Below are positions 34,919 through 44,446 of a stretch of DNA of 48,777 bases, one piece after another. The DNA is from Methanoregulaceae archaeon (GTDB lineage Archaea > Halobacteriota > Methanomicrobia > Methanomicrobiales > Methanospirillaceae), in NCBI GenBank assembly GCA_028679325.1, contig JAJRBS010000171.1, positions 1 through 48,777 on the forward strand, read 5' to 3'. The notes under the pieces were generated by a model. The model was not told where the DNA came from and did no database searches. It was given only the letters and a program-made list of their open reading frames with translations. Each line of letters starts with the position of its first letter. The stretch's first letter is position 1. Made by a program: the position numbers and the translations under genes.

Positions 34919-35628
34919 CCGACAAGCCCCCCCTCCTTGATGTCAGCCGGCTGAACGTCTTTTATGCGAACCTCCAGGTGCTCTGGGACGTCTCTTTCTT
35001 TGTGAATGAGGGCGAGATAGTCACCCTGCTCGGAGCGAACGGGGCCGGGAAGACCACGCTTGTCCAAAGCATCTTCGGCCTTCTCCGGGAACGCCGGGGC
35101 ACGGTCCGGTTCCGCGGAGAGGAGATATCGCAGCTTCCTGCCTACGATGTGGTCAAGAAGGGACTCGCCCTCGTGCCTGAAAAAAGGGAACTCTTCCCGA
35201 AGATGACCGTACGGGAGAACCTGGAACTCGGCAGTTTTGCGAAGGTAGGGGGTGAGGCTGACTTCGAACGCGTCCTCTCCCTCTTCCCGGTCCTCGAAGA
35301 GCGGAAGGGCCAGCAGGCCGGCACCCTCTCCGGAGGTGAGCAGCAGATGCTGGCCATAGCCCGGGCTCTTATGGCGAATCCCTCCCTGATCGTGCTCGAT
35401 GAGCCCTCCCTCGGGCTTTCCCCGCTCTTTGTCACTACAGTACTCGACACCATGAAGAAGCTTAACAAGGATGGCCTCTCCATCCTCCTTGTCGAGCAGA
35501 ACGTCCAGCATGCCCTGGAGATCTCTGACCGGGGCTATATCCTCGAGAACGGCCGTGTCATACGGGAGGCCCCGGCAGCTGAACTGCTGTGCGACGACCA
35601 GGTCCGGGCCGCCTATCTCGGGCTATAA
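34912..35628 (+). CDS. livF: branched-chain amino acid (HAAT family) ABC transporter ATP-binding protein
   Basis: Walker A GANGAGKTT, signature LSGGEQQMLAIARAL, Walker B IVLDEPS. It overlaps the livG end. Confidence 0.9.
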   Translation: MLTDKPPLLDVSRLNVFYANLQVLWDVSFFVNEGEIVTLLGANGAGKTTLVQSIFGLLRERRGTVRFRGEEISQLPAYDVVKKGLALVPEKRELFPKMTVRENLELGSFAKVGGEADFERVLSLFPVLEERKGQQAGTLSGGEQQMLAIARALMANPSLIVLDEPSLGLSPLFVTTVLDTMKKLNKDGLSILLVEQNVQHALEISDRGYILENGRVIREAPAAELLCDDQVRAAYLGL

Positions 35629-35637
35629 AAAAAGTTT

Positions 35638-36609
35638 TTATTTCTTCCTCTTATCCCTGTATTCCCTGATCCTATCCGGAAGAGAGATCAGTCCCTTCGG
35701 CAGGAAGATGATGATCAGGATGAGCAGAAGCCCGATGATGATGAACCTGCCATAGGTCAGGCCGAAGGTCTGGAGCCCGTCCCATACGATGGTGATGGCA
35801 ATGGTCCCGACAACCGGGCCGGAGAGGGTCATCAGACCTCCCGATATCGAGTAGATGATCGGCCAGAACGAGATATCGACCCCGAAAATCTCGGGGGTAA
35901 TATACCCGAGGTGATGCACCTCAAGCGCACCGGCCACGCCCGAGAAATAAGCGCTCACCAGGAAGGCGAAGAGGCGGTACTTCACGGGGTTAATGCCTGC
36001 AGCTCTGGCCTCGAGCTCGTTCTCCCTGATGGCCGCGAAAGCAAGCCCGGTCTTTGAGCGGAGGATGAGCCAGAATATGACGATTACCATGACCCCGATA
36101 ACCAGGATGGCATAGTATTCGATCAGGAGGTTAGTCCCTCCTCCTCCCGGCATAAGGCGGGCAGCGGCGATCCCGTCCCACCCGCCGGTGATGCCCGAGA
36201 ACTGACGGCTTACGACCAGGGTCTGGATGATGATGGCAAAGCCGAAGGTGACCATGGCAAGGAACCACTCCTTCAGCCGGACACAGATGGCTCCTATGAA
36301 GAGGCCGGCAAGGGCTGCGGCACCGGCCCCGATGAACACCGCCGCAAATGGCGGCAGGCTCAGCCAGCTGGCGATAAGGGCCGAGCCATATCCCCCGAGG
36401 CCGAAGAAGGCGGCGTGACCGAGCGATCCCTGGCCGGTATAGGTGAGGAAGTTCCATGCCGAGGAGTAGATGATGAAGATCAGCATGAGGATGAGGACCG
36501 TCAACAGATAGGGGTTCAGCCCGACGATCAACGGGACAAGGCCGGCAACAATAAGCATCAACACGAGACCATAGTCCCGCACCTTTGGGGACATCAGGAA
36601 CTCCTTCAT
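35638..36609 (-). CDS. livM: branched-chain amino acid ABC transporter permease
   Basis: I chose the internal ATG at 36609 (MKEFLMSPKVRDYGLVLMLIV...), which forms an ATGA overlap with the livH stop. It is polytopic, with the YTGQGSLGHAAFFGLGGY motif. Confidence 0.88.
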   Translation of the reverse strand: MKEFLMSPKVRDYGLVLMLIVAGLVPLIVGLNPYLLTVLILMLIFIIYSSAWNFLTYTGQGSLGHAAFFGLGGYGSALIASWLSLPPFAAVFIGAGAAALAGLFIGAICVRLKEWFLAMVTFGFAIIIQTLVVSRQFSGITGGWDGIAAARLMPGGGGTNLLIEYYAILVIGVMVIVIFWLILRSKTGLAFAAIRENELEARAAGINPVKYRLFAFLVSAYFSGVAGALEVHHLGYITPEIFGVDISFWPIIYSISGGLMTLSGPVVGTIAITIVWDGLQTFGLTYGRFIIIGLLLILIIIFLPKGLISLPDRIREYRDKRKK

Positions 36610-37487
36610 TCTGCCGACTCCCCGAACAGCCCGGTAGGCTTGAAGATGAGCACAACGATCAGGATCAGGAAAGATATGGCGTCCTTCCATGCCCCGCCGA
36701 TAGTGAAGATGGCGAAGTTCTCTGCCAGCCCGAGGATGATCCCTCCGACGATCGCTCCCGGGATGCTCCCGAGGCCGCCGATGATGATGATGGCGAAGGC
36801 CTTGACCGCCGGGATCGAGCCCATATAGGGGGTGAAGACCTGTCCGCTCACCACCCAGAGGGTCCCCGCTGCCCCGGCCAGGCCGGCACCGATCCCGAAA
36901 CTGATCATGTCCATCTTCTCGACGTTAATCCCCATGAGCATGGCCCCTTTCCGGTTCTGGCTCGTGGCCCGCATGGCTTTTCCAAGGCGCGTCTTCCGGA
37001 GAAAGAGGTACAGGCCGATAAGGATGAGGATAGTGGTGATGATAATGATCAGGTAGTCCAGCGGGAGGTTGACACCGAAGACAGAGATGGTGATGGACTC
37101 GAAGGGGCTGTGGATGATCCGGTACTCGTCTGTCCATATCACTGCGGCAGCGTTCTGGATGAGGTAGATCAGGCCGATCGAGATGAATATCTCGTTCAAT
37201 TTACCTGTCCCGAGGATTGGCCTGAAACAGAGCCTCTCGATGGTCACGCCGATGAGAATAAGGATCGGTACGGAGGCGACGAGGAGGACATAGGGGTTGA
37301 ACCCCGATATGGCATAGAAGGTGAAGGTGACGTAGGCCCCGAGCATCAGGAACTCGCCGTGGGCGAAGTTCACCACCTTCATGACTCCGAAGATGAGGTT
37401 TAAGCCGATAGCCAGGAGGATGTAAATGCACCCGGCGTAGAGACCCCAGATTCCCACCTGGAGTACGATGTCGAGTCCTCCCGTCAT
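36606..37487 (-). CDS. livH: branched-chain amino acid ABC transporter permease
   Basis: 293 aa, polytopic. VVNFAHGEFLMLGAY motif, typical of LivH. Confidence 0.9.
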   Translation of the reverse strand: MTGGLDIVLQVGIWGLYAGCIYILLAIGLNLIFGVMKVVNFAHGEFLMLGAYVTFTFYAISGFNPYVLLVASVPILILIGVTIERLCFRPILGTGKLNEIFISIGLIYLIQNAAAVIWTDEYRIIHSPFESITISVFGVNLPLDYLIIIITTILILIGLYLFLRKTRLGKAMRATSQNRKGAMLMGINVEKMDMISFGIGAGLAGAAGTLWVVSGQVFTPYMGSIPAVKAFAIIIIGGLGSIPGAIVGGIILGLAENFAIFTIGGAWKDAISFLILIVVLIFKPTGLFGESAE

Positions 37488-37526
37488 GCTTAAGAATCTA
37501 CCTCAACCGATAAAAGAATGGATGTT

Positions 37527-38846
37527 CTATTCCTGACCGGGCTTAAACCAGTCGGGAATGACAAAATCTGTTTCCTTCAGTTTTGCCGGCCAGACAATGA
37601 CCGGCCGGGTTTCCTTGGCCGTCTCGTTCCAGATGAGCTGTTCCATGTACAGGTCGAACTTGCTCTCCCGGAAGTCGGGGGTGAAGGAGATGGTCTCGTT
37701 CTTCATGGCCTCGACCATCTGGGGCATGGTAGTGCCGCCGATGGCTTCGTTAACCCTGGTCTTATTGAGCGAGCCAGCATCCTCGACAGCATTGGCCCCG
37801 ATATAGACCGCTTCGTAGGTCGCGGCACCCATCATACCCGGGAAGCCTCCCCACTTCTTGTCGAAATCGCTCATGAACTTGTTTACCGACTGCTCGATCG
37901 GTCCGCTGGGGACGGCGTACGGGCTGAACCTGCTCTGGATGATGGAATATTCGCCGTACCTGCCTATTCCGCTGTAATAATCGGGGTCATCGTTGCACTC
38001 GACGGCGATGAAGATCTTGTCCAGGCCCACGTCGCGGCGTGCCTGGGTCACGAGCGCGGTCTGTTCATTCAGGAAGGCCGCAACGTAGACGACATCGGGA
38101 TCGGCATTCTTGACCGAGGTGAGAACGGTTCTGAAGTCGCTCTCTCCCATCTTGAAGGCGTCCTCGGAGATCACGTTAATGTTGAGGTTCGAGGCCGCAA
38201 TGGTCTTCTTGATGGCATCGAGTTGTCCCTTCCCGTAGGGGCTGTCCTGGTAGATGACCGAGAGCCTGAGAGGGCGGTCGGAAGGGAACCCGAATTTGGC
38301 GTTGATGGCCGGGCGGATGGTGTCATCGATGAAGAGGGTGGTCTGCCCGCCGGAATCGTCCGTGGTCGGGGCATGGTGGAAGACGGTATCTGTTTTAACA
38401 TCGGTCCTGTGTGTGATGATAGGGCTCGAGGCACCGGAGACGATATACGGCACGCTGTAATCCGCAACAGTGGACTCGTGGGCCGATACCACGGCGCTTG
38501 AGAACCCTCCCACCAGGAGATCGACATTGTCCTGGGTGATCAGCTTCGAGACAGCCTTCTGGCCTCCCTCGCGGGTGGATTCATCGTCACCCTGGACAAG
38601 TTCTATGGTAACGTTCTTCCCGAGTTCCTTGACATAGACTCCTCCGGCAGCGTTAATCTCATCGGCGGCGAGAACCGCTGACTGCCAGACATCCTTGCCG
38701 GTGGTGCTGGCTGGCCCTGTCATGGACGCTACCACCCCTATCTTCAGCTTCTGGGGTGAGCCCACAGCTGCCTGATTTTCTGTGCACCCGGCGAACAATA
38801 CGAGTCCGATAAAGAGGACCGCTAGGATAACAAATACCCGCTTCAT
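37527..38846 (-). CDS. livJ: ABC transporter substrate-binding protein (LivJ/K-like, type I periplasmic binding fold) with a lipobox-like signal
   Basis: 439 aa. The signal peptide ends LVLFAGC. It is followed by KIGVVASMTGPAS, typical of Leu/Ile/Val-binding proteins. It is the first gene of the livJHM unit. Confidence 0.85.
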   Translation of the reverse strand: MKRVFVILAVLFIGLVLFAGCTENQAAVGSPQKLKIGVVASMTGPASTTGKDVWQSAVLAADEINAAGGVYVKELGKNVTIELVQGDDESTREGGQKAVSKLITQDNVDLLVGGFSSAVVSAHESTVADYSVPYIVSGASSPIITHRTDVKTDTVFHHAPTTDDSGGQTTLFIDDTIRPAINAKFGFPSDRPLRLSVIYQDSPYGKGQLDAIKKTIAASNLNINVISEDAFKMGESDFRTVLTSVKNADPDVVYVAAFLNEQTALVTQARRDVGLDKIFIAVECNDDPDYYSGIGRYGEYSIIQSRFSPYAVPSGPIEQSVNKFMSDFDKKWGGFPGMMGAATYEAVYIGANAVEDAGSLNKTRVNEAIGGTTMPQMVEAMKNETISFTPDFRESKFDLYMEQLIWNETAKETRPVIVWPAKLKETDFVIPDWFKPGQE

Positions 38847-39086
38847 GCTACTCCTGCCAAGTATGCTATGTTATAGCATGACAAAATTGGAGAGCGAGAG
38901 ACATAAAGATTGTTATTTGACTGATGACAGGAGGAATTCATAATTTGAGGCCGTATAGCCATAATGGGAAAGCCGGTGACCGGGCGGTAGGGACAGTTGC
39001 CATCTGGCTGGATTCATGACCGATCCGCGCGTTTGGTGTCCAGCTGGCTAATGACAGGATATAATTACAAAGAAAATGGTTAATAA

Positions 39087-39094
39087 TTTATACA
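39087..39094 (+). promoter_or_regulatory. TATA-box-like TTTATACA preceded by an A-rich BRE-like stretch (candidate archaeal promoter firing into the repeat region)
   Basis: Read directly (GGTTAATAATTTATACATG). It is a near match to the archaeal TTTATATA consensus. The predicted transcription start is around 39117-39120, just before the tandem repeats. Confidence 0.3.
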
Positions 39095-39142
39095 TGTTCT
39101 CCTTATTGGAATAAGCCTCAGAAGGAACAGAGCTGGGCATAC

Positions 39143-39420
39143 CTGCGGCATGCTGGTGAACCCGGAGATCGAAACGGCAGAAGATCCCGGGTGACAAGGA
39201 CATCACCTGCCGGGCCGAACAAATGTTTGAGAGACGATGCCGGATTCGGAATGAACCTGCCGGTCAAAACGGCTGACAATCGACAGGTGACAGAGACATT
39301 CCCTGACCGGGGCCGGACAGACGCCAAGAAACATGATGCCGTGCTTCCGGCAACCTGTTGATCAAAACGGCGGAAGATCAACGGTGAAAAAGACGCGGAA
39401 GCGTGGGGCCGACCTGAGTT
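39143..39420. repeat. three degenerate tandem repeats (period about 95-98 bp) outside any supported CDS
   Basis: The core motif occurs at 39168 (ATCGAAACGGCAGAAGATCCCGGGTGACAAGGACA), at 39263 (GTCAAAACGGCTGACAATCGACAGGTGACAGAGACA) and at 39361 (ATCAAAACGGCGGAAGATCAACGGTGAAAAAGACG). The preceding segments are also related: GATGCCGGATTCGGAATGAACCTGCCG / GATGCCGTGCTTCCGGCAACCTGTTG. Confidence 0.7.
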
Positions 39421-39842
39421 CCTGGTGTGATCTCCTCTGGGGCAACTTCCTTCTCGCCGTTCTTACTTCTGTTTAATCCTCTCTTATCCCCGGTCACTCT
39501 CATCAGATCAGGGAAGGGGAGCTCTGACTCTCCTGCTTTTCTCTTTAGGATGGATGTCCTGCTCCGCTCCAGTCGGAGGATCATCAGTGCAGGGGGCGAT
39601 GATTCGCGTGAACCTGCAAGGATAAAGAATGAGCGGGAATACGGTTGGGAGATAGAACGAAAGGGAACGTCAGCAGGAGAATCAAGGTGGCATCATCAGG
39701 AGGTCTCGGCCCTGCCCGATTGCGGGCAGGACGTCAACCCTTGGACTGAACGTTCATTCGGTGACTTAGTTGGACACTAATACACCTGCTATAGAATAGA
39801 TACAAATGATTATTAAACCTTTTGGATTTTTCCGACTCAAAA

Positions 39843-39866
39843 GAGGGTACATACCCTTTTTTTTTG
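39843..39866 (+). terminator. short hairpin (AGGGTA-CA-TACCCT) followed by a T9 tract
   Basis: Read directly: AGGGTACATACCCTTTTTTTTT. There is no annotated plus-strand gene upstream, so it could terminate a non-coding transcript from the island. Confidence 0.35.
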
Positions 39867-40003
39867 ACCCGATGCTCATTTCATGGGCAATACAGGATTT
39901 TCCTTGAAAAAGAGCTGCATAGTGACCCAGATGATGTCGAAAAGATAGAGGAAAGATCGGGGGATCCTTGCGGCTCAATCTGCGACTGACTACCATTACC
40001 CGT

Positions 40004-40372
40004 TCACTGGTGGAGGATGAATCCTTCTGAGATCAGGTCTGCAAGCCAGCGGTCGAGCTGCTGCGCGAGATCATTCTTGGTCTTCAGGTCGACCTTCCCT
40101 GGTCCGGGATAGACCTCTCTTCTTCCCGACCGGTCCTGGAGGCAGAGCGGCTCTGCGATCCTCTTCTCATGGAACACCCTGATCTCTATGTCAGGGTCAG
40201 CCACAACATTTCCATCGATAACAGGGTTCTGGGAAAGGGCGTAAACCGAATCTTCCAGCTTATCGATACAGAGCGCTGTGTACGGTGGTTTCTCGATCAC
40301 TGCGTACTGCCTGACCGAAAAAATACCCATACGATCCATTTTCTCGTAGACAGCGTGGTAGATGTCCCCCAT
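40004..40372 (-). CDS. hypothetical 122-aa soluble protein
   Basis: The ORF has a balanced composition (MGDIYHAVYEKMDRMGIFSVRQYAVIEKPPYTALCIDKLEDSVYALSQNPVIDGNVVADPDIEIRVF...). I weakly recall similar YALSxN..DG....DPD.EIRV small proteins on mobile DNA, but cannot verify this. Confidence 0.6.
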   Translation of the reverse strand: MGDIYHAVYEKMDRMGIFSVRQYAVIEKPPYTALCIDKLEDSVYALSQNPVIDGNVVADPDIEIRVFHEKRIAEPLCLQDRSGRREVYPGPGKVDLKTKNDLAQQLDRWLADLISEGFILHQ

Positions 40373-40488
40373 GGATATCCTCTCTAGCGGGTACCGAGAA
40401 TACCCATAAATCTTGCCCTGCCGGCCGGCCGGATAAAAACCGAAGATATTTCACCGAAGGGAAAAAAAAATAGTGCTGCGTTATTTCC

Positions 40489-42408
40489 ATGGCTGGCAGA
40501 GGGAAGATCCGATCCATATATGAGTCAGTCTACCGGCAGTCACTGGAAGATCCCAGAGGTTTCTGGGGGGCCTGTGCCGGTAATGTCGCCTGGAACAGGG
40601 TATGGGACGAGGTGCTCGACGCTTCCGGTGACCCTTTCTTCCGCTGGTTCACAGGCGGGGTCCTGAATACCTGCCATAACTGCCTTGACATCCATGTCGA
40701 GGAGGGACGGGGGTCGGCCACTGCCCTGATCTATGACAGCCCCGTCACAGGGACAACGAGAGCCTACACCTACCGGGAACTCCGGGACCTGGTGGCCCGG
40801 TTCGCCGGAGGTCTTTCCCGGCTCGGCGTGAAGAAGGGCGACCGGGTGGTCATCTACATGCCGATGGTCCCCGAAACAGTCATCGGGATGCTGGCCTGTG
40901 CCAGGATCGGTGCCATTCATTCCGTGGTCTTCGGGGGTTTCGCTTCACGGGAGCTTGCGGCCCGGATCAGCGATGCCCGCCCGAAGGTCATCCTCGCCGC
41001 CTCCTGCGGGATCGAGGTGAACCGGGTCATCCCCTACAAGCCGCTGCTCGATGAGGCCATCCGGATCTCGTCCGTAAAACCTGACCACTGCGTCATCCTC
41101 CAGCGCCCCCAGGAGAAGGCCCTCCTGCAGGAGGGGAGGGATATCTCCTGGGAGGCCTGCAGCACGGGAGCAGAAACCCCCTGTGTTCCCGTTGCCGCAA
41201 CCGATCCCCTCTACATCCTCTATACATCCGGGACCACGGGAACTCCCAAAGGGGTGGTCCGGGACAACGGCGGACATCTCGTTGCCCTCATCTGGAGCAT
41301 GAAAAACATCTACGGCCTCTCGCCAGGGGAGGTCTTCTGGGCGGCATCGGACGTTGGGTGGGTGGTCGGCCATTCCTATATTGTGTACGGGCCCCTGGCC
41401 TACGGGTGCACCAGCATCCTCTACGAAGGTAAATCTGTAGGGACGCCGGACCCCGGCGCCTTCTGGCGGGTCATTTCCGAACACAATGTCCGGGTCCTCT
41501 TCACCGCCCCGACAGCTTTCCGGGCTATCAAGAGGGAGGATCCCAACGGGAGGTATATCCGGGACTATGACCTCTCCCGCTTCAGGATGCTCTTTCTTGC
41601 CGGAGAGCGGTGCGATCCCGATACCCTTCACTGGGCAGAGGAACGCCTGAAAGTACCGGTGATCGACCACTGGTGGCAGACCGAGACCGGGTGGTCGATC
41701 GGTGCCAATGCCGCCGGCCTCGGTCTCCTTCCGGTAAAACCCGGGTCATGCACGAAGGCCATGCCGGGATACGATATCCGGGTCCTCAATGACCATGGAG
41801 AAGAGGTCCCTCCAGGGGTAACCGGGAACATCGTCATCCGGCTCCCCCTCCCCCCGGGGTGCCTCACCACTCTCTGGCAGAATGACAGCGACTACCAGAA
41901 GACATACCTCTCCGAGTACCCGGGTTTCTACCTGACCGGCGACGCCGGGTTCATCGACGAAGACCGGTATCTCTGGATCATGGGACGGACGGACGACATC
42001 ATCAACACCGCCGGGCACCGCCTCTCGACCGGGGCCATGGAAGAGGTCCTCGCCGCCCACCCCGATGTCGCAGAGTGCGCGGTGACCGGCGTTGTCGACG
42101 AAATAAAGGGCGAGATCCCGCTTGGTTTCATCGTGCTGAAGGCGGGAGTGAAGCATGACCGGAAAGTCATCCTGCAGGAGCTGGTGCAGATGGTCCGGGC
42201 GAAGATCGGGCCCATCGCATCCTTCAAGGTGGCGGTCATAGTCAGGAGGCTGCCAAAGACCCGCTCAGGGAAGATCCTCCGGGGTACCTTGAAGAAGATC
42301 GCCGATGGGGAGGACTACCGCGTCCCAGCAACTATCGACGACCCCGGGACCCTCGATGAGATAAGGGAGGACCTTGCGGCTATTGGCTACCCGAGACGAC
42401 CTGGCTGA
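40489..42408 (+). CDS. AMP-forming acyl-CoA synthetase of the acetate/propionate family (PrpE-like propionate--CoA ligase)
   Basis: 639 aa. N-terminal YRQSLEDPRGFW, AMP-binding motif YTSGTTGTPKG, and the C-terminal PKTRSGKILR containing the acylatable Lys. Confidence 0.88.
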   Translation: MAGRGKIRSIYESVYRQSLEDPRGFWGACAGNVAWNRVWDEVLDASGDPFFRWFTGGVLNTCHNCLDIHVEEGRGSATALIYDSPVTGTTRAYTYRELRDLVARFAGGLSRLGVKKGDRVVIYMPMVPETVIGMLACARIGAIHSVVFGGFASRELAARISDARPKVILAASCGIEVNRVIPYKPLLDEAIRISSVKPDHCVILQRPQEKALLQEGRDISWEACSTGAETPCVPVAATDPLYILYTSGTTGTPKGVVRDNGGHLVALIWSMKNIYGLSPGEVFWAASDVGWVVGHSYIVYGPLAYGCTSILYEGKSVGTPDPGAFWRVISEHNVRVLFTAPTAFRAIKREDPNGRYIRDYDLSRFRMLFLAGERCDPDTLHWAEERLKVPVIDHWWQTETGWSIGANAAGLGLLPVKPGSCTKAMPGYDIRVLNDHGEEVPPGVTGNIVIRLPLPPGCLTTLWQNDSDYQKTYLSEYPGFYLTGDAGFIDEDRYLWIMGRTDDIINTAGHRLSTGAMEEVLAAHPDVAECAVTGVVDEIKGEIPLGFIVLKAGVKHDRKVILQELVQMVRAKIGPIASFKVAVIVRRLPKTRSGKILRGTLKKIADGEDYRVPATIDDPGTLDEIREDLAAIGYPRRPG

Positions 42409-42475
42409 GGGCCAGATTTTCGTTGCATCTCTCTTCCGAGCGGCGTATCATCTCTCCCGTAACCTTCGTCTCTTT

Positions 42476-43381
42476 TCAGAATCTCTCGAATGCCTCGTAG
42501 ATCGCCCGTACCGCGGCCCCGTGTGAAGGTCCGTACCCGCCTTCGAGGACGAGGGAGACGGGAATCCCTGTCTCCAGCAGGATACTGGTGAGCTCCCCGA
42601 TATCCCCGGGCCGGAGATCCATCATCCCCAGGGGGTCGTCACTTAGGCAGTCCTGGCCCGCAGAGACCAGCAGGAGGGAAGGGTCAAAGGACTGGATCGC
42701 CGGGATAAACTCACTATTGAATACACATCGATAGTCATGGATCCCGGAGCCGGGAGGAAGGGGGGCGTTGAGGGTGAGACCTTCCCCGGCACCTGTCCCC
42801 GTCTCGTCCCGAAGGCCCGTGCCCGGGAACCAGGGCGACTGGTGAACAGAGCAGTAGAGAACCTTCCCGGAAGCGTAGAAGATATCCTGGGTTCCGTTCC
42901 CGTGGTGGACGTCCCAGTCGACGATTGCCACCCGGGGAACACGATCAAGGGCCGCTGCCGCTCCAACCGCCACGTTGTTGATGAGGCAAAAACCCATGGC
43001 ATATGCCCGCCCCGCGTGATGCCCGGGAGGCCGGACAAGGGCGAAGCAGGGCTCGCCATCCAGGGCATGAAGTGAGGCCTGAACGGCCGCTCCGGCCGCC
43101 GACAGTGCAACATCAAAGGAATCGCAGGTCAGATAGGTGTCGCTGTCGATATTGCAGCACCTCCTTTCCGGGCAGGACCGGGAGAGTTCCCTGATTCTAC
43201 TAATATACCCGGGGTCGTGAATGGAGCCGATCTGCCCGACAGTGGCCGGTTCAGGATCGATCCAGCCGGTCTTTCCGGAAACTCCCTCCAGGGCCAGTCC
43301 GAGGCGGGCCTGGGACTCGGGGTGACCCGTACAATCGTGCCTGGCGAATAGGGGCCCATTGATGGTCAGCAGCCGGGTCAT
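42476..43381 (-). CDS. histone deacetylase-family Zn hydrolase (AcuC / acetylpolyamine amidohydrolase-like)
   Basis: 301 aa. Motifs: RPPGHHA, DWDVHHGNGTQ, SAGQD, EGGY. Confidence 0.88.
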   Translation of the reverse strand: MTRLLTINGPLFARHDCTGHPESQARLGLALEGVSGKTGWIDPEPATVGQIGSIHDPGYISRIRELSRSCPERRCCNIDSDTYLTCDSFDVALSAAGAAVQASLHALDGEPCFALVRPPGHHAGRAYAMGFCLINNVAVGAAAALDRVPRVAIVDWDVHHGNGTQDIFYASGKVLYCSVHQSPWFPGTGLRDETGTGAGEGLTLNAPLPPGSGIHDYRCVFNSEFIPAIQSFDPSLLLVSAGQDCLSDDPLGMMDLRPGDIGELTSILLETGIPVSLVLEGGYGPSHGAAVRAIYEAFERF

Positions 43382-43579
43382 GTACGGAAGAGAGTTGGGA
43401 GAGGGGAGAATTTAAGGGGATCTCCGGAACCGATGCCTTTGCCAGCTCCGGCAAGCCTGAAAAGCCGGCCGTCTGCAGGATCTTTCCCTTGCCACCATGT
43501 TCGGTAAATCCCCATGATCTCCAATCTGCCCGCGGGGATGATTACTTCAACAGGAAGGTCGAGATGGATCTGAAAACCC

Positions 43580-44446
43580 ATGGAGCACAGGACGGTCCGG
43601 ATTGGCCTTGTACAGAACGCGGTCTCCCCTGATGCCGATAAGAACCTGGAAAGAACCCTGGGGCTTGCCCGGAAAGCAGCCCGGCAGGGAGCCCGGATTA
43701 TCTGCCTGCAGGAGCTCTTCCGTACTCCCTACTTCCCGCAGGAGGAAGAGGCGGATGCCTCCGTGTATGCTGAGACCATTCCCGGAGAATCCACCAGGGT
43801 TTTTGAGGCTCTTTCCCATGAGTTCGGGATCGCAATCATCGTCCCCCTCTACGAGAAGGCCGGCGACGGCCGGATGTATAACACAGCCGTGGTGCTTGAG
43901 AACGGCTGTATTCTTCCCTCTCCCTACCGGAAGGTGCATATCCCTCATGACCCCCTCTTCTTTGAGAAGAGCTACTTTACACCGGGTGGCGATTACCGGG
44001 TCTTTTCCTGCTCAGCCGCCCGGATCGGGGTCCTGATCTGCTATGACCAGTGGTTCCCGGAACCGGCCCGGGCGGTCACCCTCAAGGGGGCAGAGATCAT
44101 ATTCTACCCCACTGCAATCGGGTGGATCCGCGGGATGCGGGAAGCTCCCGAGGGGGACTGGAGAGAGGCCTGGGAGACTGTCCAGAGGGGGCACGCCATC
44201 GCGAACGGGGTCCATGTCGCGGCCGCGAACCGGGTGGGTGTGGAGAAGGAGCTCGAATTCTGGGGGAGCTCCTTTGTTGCCGACGCCTTTGGGAATATCG
44301 TGGCCAGGGCAGGGGAGGAAGCGGACGAGTTGCTTCTGGCCGATATATCTCTCGAGATGAATGACCAGGTCCGGGAGGGCTGGGGATTTCTCCGGAACAG
44401 GAGGCCGGACACGTATGATATTCTTGCCCGGGAGGAGGAACAATGA
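43580..44446 (+). CDS. aguB: N-carbamoylputrescine amidase (nitrilase/CN-hydrolase superfamily)
   Basis: 288 aa. The Glu-Lys-Cys triad context is present: ICLQELF, YRKVHIP, LICYDQWFPE. It forms an ATGA overlap with aguA. Confidence 0.85.
   Translation: MEHRTVRIGLVQNAVSPDADKNLERTLGLARKAARQGARIICLQELFRTPYFPQEEEADASVYAETIPGESTRVFEALSHEFGIAIIVPLYEKAGDGRMYNTAVVLENGCILPSPYRKVHIPHDPLFFEKSYFTPGGDYRVFSCSAARIGVLICYDQWFPEPARAVTLKGAEIIFYPTAIGWIRGMREAPEGDWREAWETVQRGHAIANGVHVAAANRVGVEKELEFWGSSFVADAFGNIVARAGEEADELLLADISLEMNDQVREGWGFLRNRRPDTYDILAREEEQ

Noticed and set aside
39143-39420. The tandem repeats here, and those at 8751-9120 and 11511-11702, might form a CRISPR array.
   Set aside because: The units abut each other with no unique spacers. 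Two of the three sets lie in frame inside coding sequence. There are no cas genes in the window.
39118-39996. Track ORFs inside the island with no supported CDS: 39118..39381(-), 39378..39584(-), 39427..39780(+), 39766..39996(-).
   Set aside because: Their composition is Ser/Arg/Pro-rich or otherwise implausible. Starts are non-ATG or lack a ribosome-binding context. The ORFs overlap one another, and the repeat units are not conserved at peptide level. I cannot fully exclude a small protein at 39378..39584.
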